A stretch of 63,747 bases of DNA, filler included, from Klebsormidium nitens (Eukaryota > Plantae > Klebsormidiophyceae), in the NCBI GenBank assembly GCA_000708835.1. It is 5 parts of 5 records of this genome, joined end to end, with 100 filler letters (N's around TTAATTAATTAA, not from the genome) between each part and the next. Parts side by side here need not be neighbours in the genome. Positions count along the whole stretch, not along the records: positions 50,374 to 62,558 come from DF238101.1; positions 62,659 to 63,747 come from DF238600.1; 3 more parts are not named here. The stretch is one strand, 5' to 3'. The notes under the pieces were generated by a model that was not told where the DNA came from, did not search any database, and was given only the letters and a program-made list of their open reading frames with translations. Positions within the stretch are counted from its first letter, which is position 1. Every line of letters begins with the position of its first letter. The position numbers were made by a program, and so were the translations under genes. Below, in pieces: positions 62,116-63,747 of the stretch.

Positions 62116-62537
62116 ATCGATGCAAAAAGCAGCAAAAGCAAGCCTCTTCTCGCGGATTGTACTACGTCCTATTTCGTTCCTCTAGAAACTGCCGCCCATA
62201 GTAACACACCAAACAAACTCGACATCATAGCACGAAGGAAAAGTAACCAGAAAAATGGCTAGAGTTCCAACAACCCTCATCTCAGCAAGCGTCACCGGGG
62301 TTTCTGGGTACAGAAAACCATGAAAGTAGGCCTTTCGCGTAAAAGCAGGCTCCATGACCGTTGAGGTTCCGCTCAAGCAGAAAGTAATGACCACCAAAAG
62401 CGAGCACAAGAGAATAGTAGACAGCCTCATGTGGGCACCCGATAGCATGGAGGATTCTCACCCGAGTCTTCTGCTCCTCCTCACTCCCCTGTCCCCCAGC
62501 AATAGGAGCTAGATCCTCGCCCAAGTCTCCTGCTCCT

Positions 62538-62558
62538 TGTGACGGTTGGACAGGGTTC
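62538..62558 (+). mobile_element. End of an LTR, truncated by a gap
   Basis: TGTGACGGTTGGACAGGGTTC; first 14 nt identical to 12504-12517. Confidence 0.6.
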
Positions 62559-62789
62559 NNNNNNNNNNNNNNNNNNNNNNNNNNNNNNNNNNNNNNNNNN
62601 NNTTAATTAATTAANNNNNNNNNNNNNNNNNNNNNNNNNNNNNNNNNNNNNNNNNNNNGAAAGCCGCTTGTAGGCGCTTCGGTGTTCCTCTTAGGATGCA
62701 TGGCTGCCATCAACGTGTGATGAGCATGAGTGCCGGGCAACTACGATAAGACCCGATGACGAGTGAAACCACACAATTCTAGTCCCCTA

Positions 62790-63747
62790 CAAGGTGAATC
62801 TCAACAGGCTCGTTCCCCACGAACACACACCGCTCGCTCACCGGATTCAACTTCCGACGCCTCTGCTTCGGAACGTGTCTGTAGGCTCGCGCCCCAAACA
62901 CCCGCATGTGCCCCATTTTGGGCTTCTTGCCGTAGAACACCTCCAACGGGCTCCTCCCGTGTGCGCTCACTGGGGTCCGGTTCCGAGTATAGTTGGCCGT
63001 CACAACGGCCTCCGCCCACATCTCTTTGGGCAGCCCCGAATTTGTTAGATTTGGGCAGTACTGGCCTTGAGTATGCCCTAATATCCTATGATATATCCTC
63101 CATAGAATCGTCGGTTTGATGCATAAATCGGCCGTACGATTGTGAGCTTGCATGATTGGATATCCACCGTAGGATATGCGAAATGTAAGCCGTAGGATTG
63201 AGTCCATTGTGCATGGGTTCTTTCGTGATGTGTATTTCGGTGTAGCCATTCGATAGGTTCTTTTGTTGCCAACGTCGAATAGGGACCGTCGATTTGTCGA
63301 TTGAAACACCTAGGGTAATAGCTAGGCTTGAGCTAGGCTATAAGACTTGGACTCATGTAGCAAAAGAACCACACTCATTCCTAGTAGTTGTGCACTTGAA
63401 AGTCGCTTGCTTTCAATAGAATCCTCAAGCATCGCCCGGACCTCCTCCTCCAATTGCCGATTGAGCCGCTCTGCCGACCCATTCTCTGCTCGGCCATGTA
63501 GGAGGCGGTCTTCTCGTGCACCGTCCCCTTGCCCCCGAACACGTTCTTGAGGGCCTTGTTGACGTACTCCTTCCCCCGATCCGTCCGCACCGACCTGAGC
63601 TTCTTCTCCGATTGCAACTCCAACCGGTTAATCACGTGCTCGGTCACCTCGGCCACCTCGCTCTTCTGCTTCATGGGGACTACAACCGAGAGCTTGCTGT
63701 AGTCGTCCGGAAATATGGCGAAGTACCGGCTCCCCCCGACCGAGGGG
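62790..63747 (-). pseudogene. Ty1/Copia integrase core, split by a solo LTR
   Basis: GGSRYFAIFPDDYSKLSVVVPMKQKSEV..KKLRSVRTDRGKEY..VRAMLED|SGLPKEMWAEAVVTANYTRNRTP..VFGARAYRHVPKQRRRKLNPVSERCVFVG. Confidence 0.93.
63043..63418. mobile_element. Solo LTR (376 bp) in the Copia integrase
   Basis: TGTTAG..TCAATA termini (CA decayed to TA). TSD GAATT/GAATC. Removal restores AMLEDSGLPK. Confidence 0.85.

Noticed and set aside
12518-62658. TTAATTAATTAA palindromes inside N runs (near 12562, 21127, 50318, 62603)
   Set aside because: Scaffolding linker artefact with stops in all frames, not biological sequence.
1-63747. rRNA or canonical tRNA genes, Fanzor/TnpB, giant-virus hallmark genes
   Set aside because: No cloverleaf, rRNA-like segment, RuvC motifs or NCLDV core-gene motifs were recognised by eye.

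Overview
This is eukaryotic genomic DNA with GT-AG introns, repeat-dense and broken by six N gaps. Its style suggests a green alga or streptophyte such as Klebsormidium, but that is inference only. (1) 1-21 kb is a nested transposon graveyard: a chromovirus-type Gypsy integrase split by an insertion, a Gypsy pol with a C-terminal PHD finger, a decayed Kolobok-like transposase with a SAP domain interrupted by a TSD-flanked LTR element, a ~190-bp satellite carrying a solo LTR and a CACGG..CCGTG TIR element, and a decayed Copia. (2) 21-50 kb is a non-coding, hierarchically duplicated array of roughly 40-50 degenerate ~135-140-bp monomers. Each has conserved blocks, a small GGGG/CCCC hairpin and a hypervariable 15-35-nt segment. 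(3) 50.4-62.5 kb holds the most novel content. An intact 5-exon plus-strand gene with a probable HSP20/alpha-crystallin-like C-terminus converges on a long minus-strand gene. That gene encodes two RRM-like domains, a RAG1/Transib-like DDE transposase core (D, D, E, CxxC and Hx4H all visible) and a Cys-rich tail, and it can be spliced in phase to about four IPT/TIG (Ig-like) repeats. It carries a frameshift, a premature stop and an LTR insertion. (4) The window ends in a Copia integrase split by a solo LTR. All family assignments come from motif recognition by eye; no searches were run.
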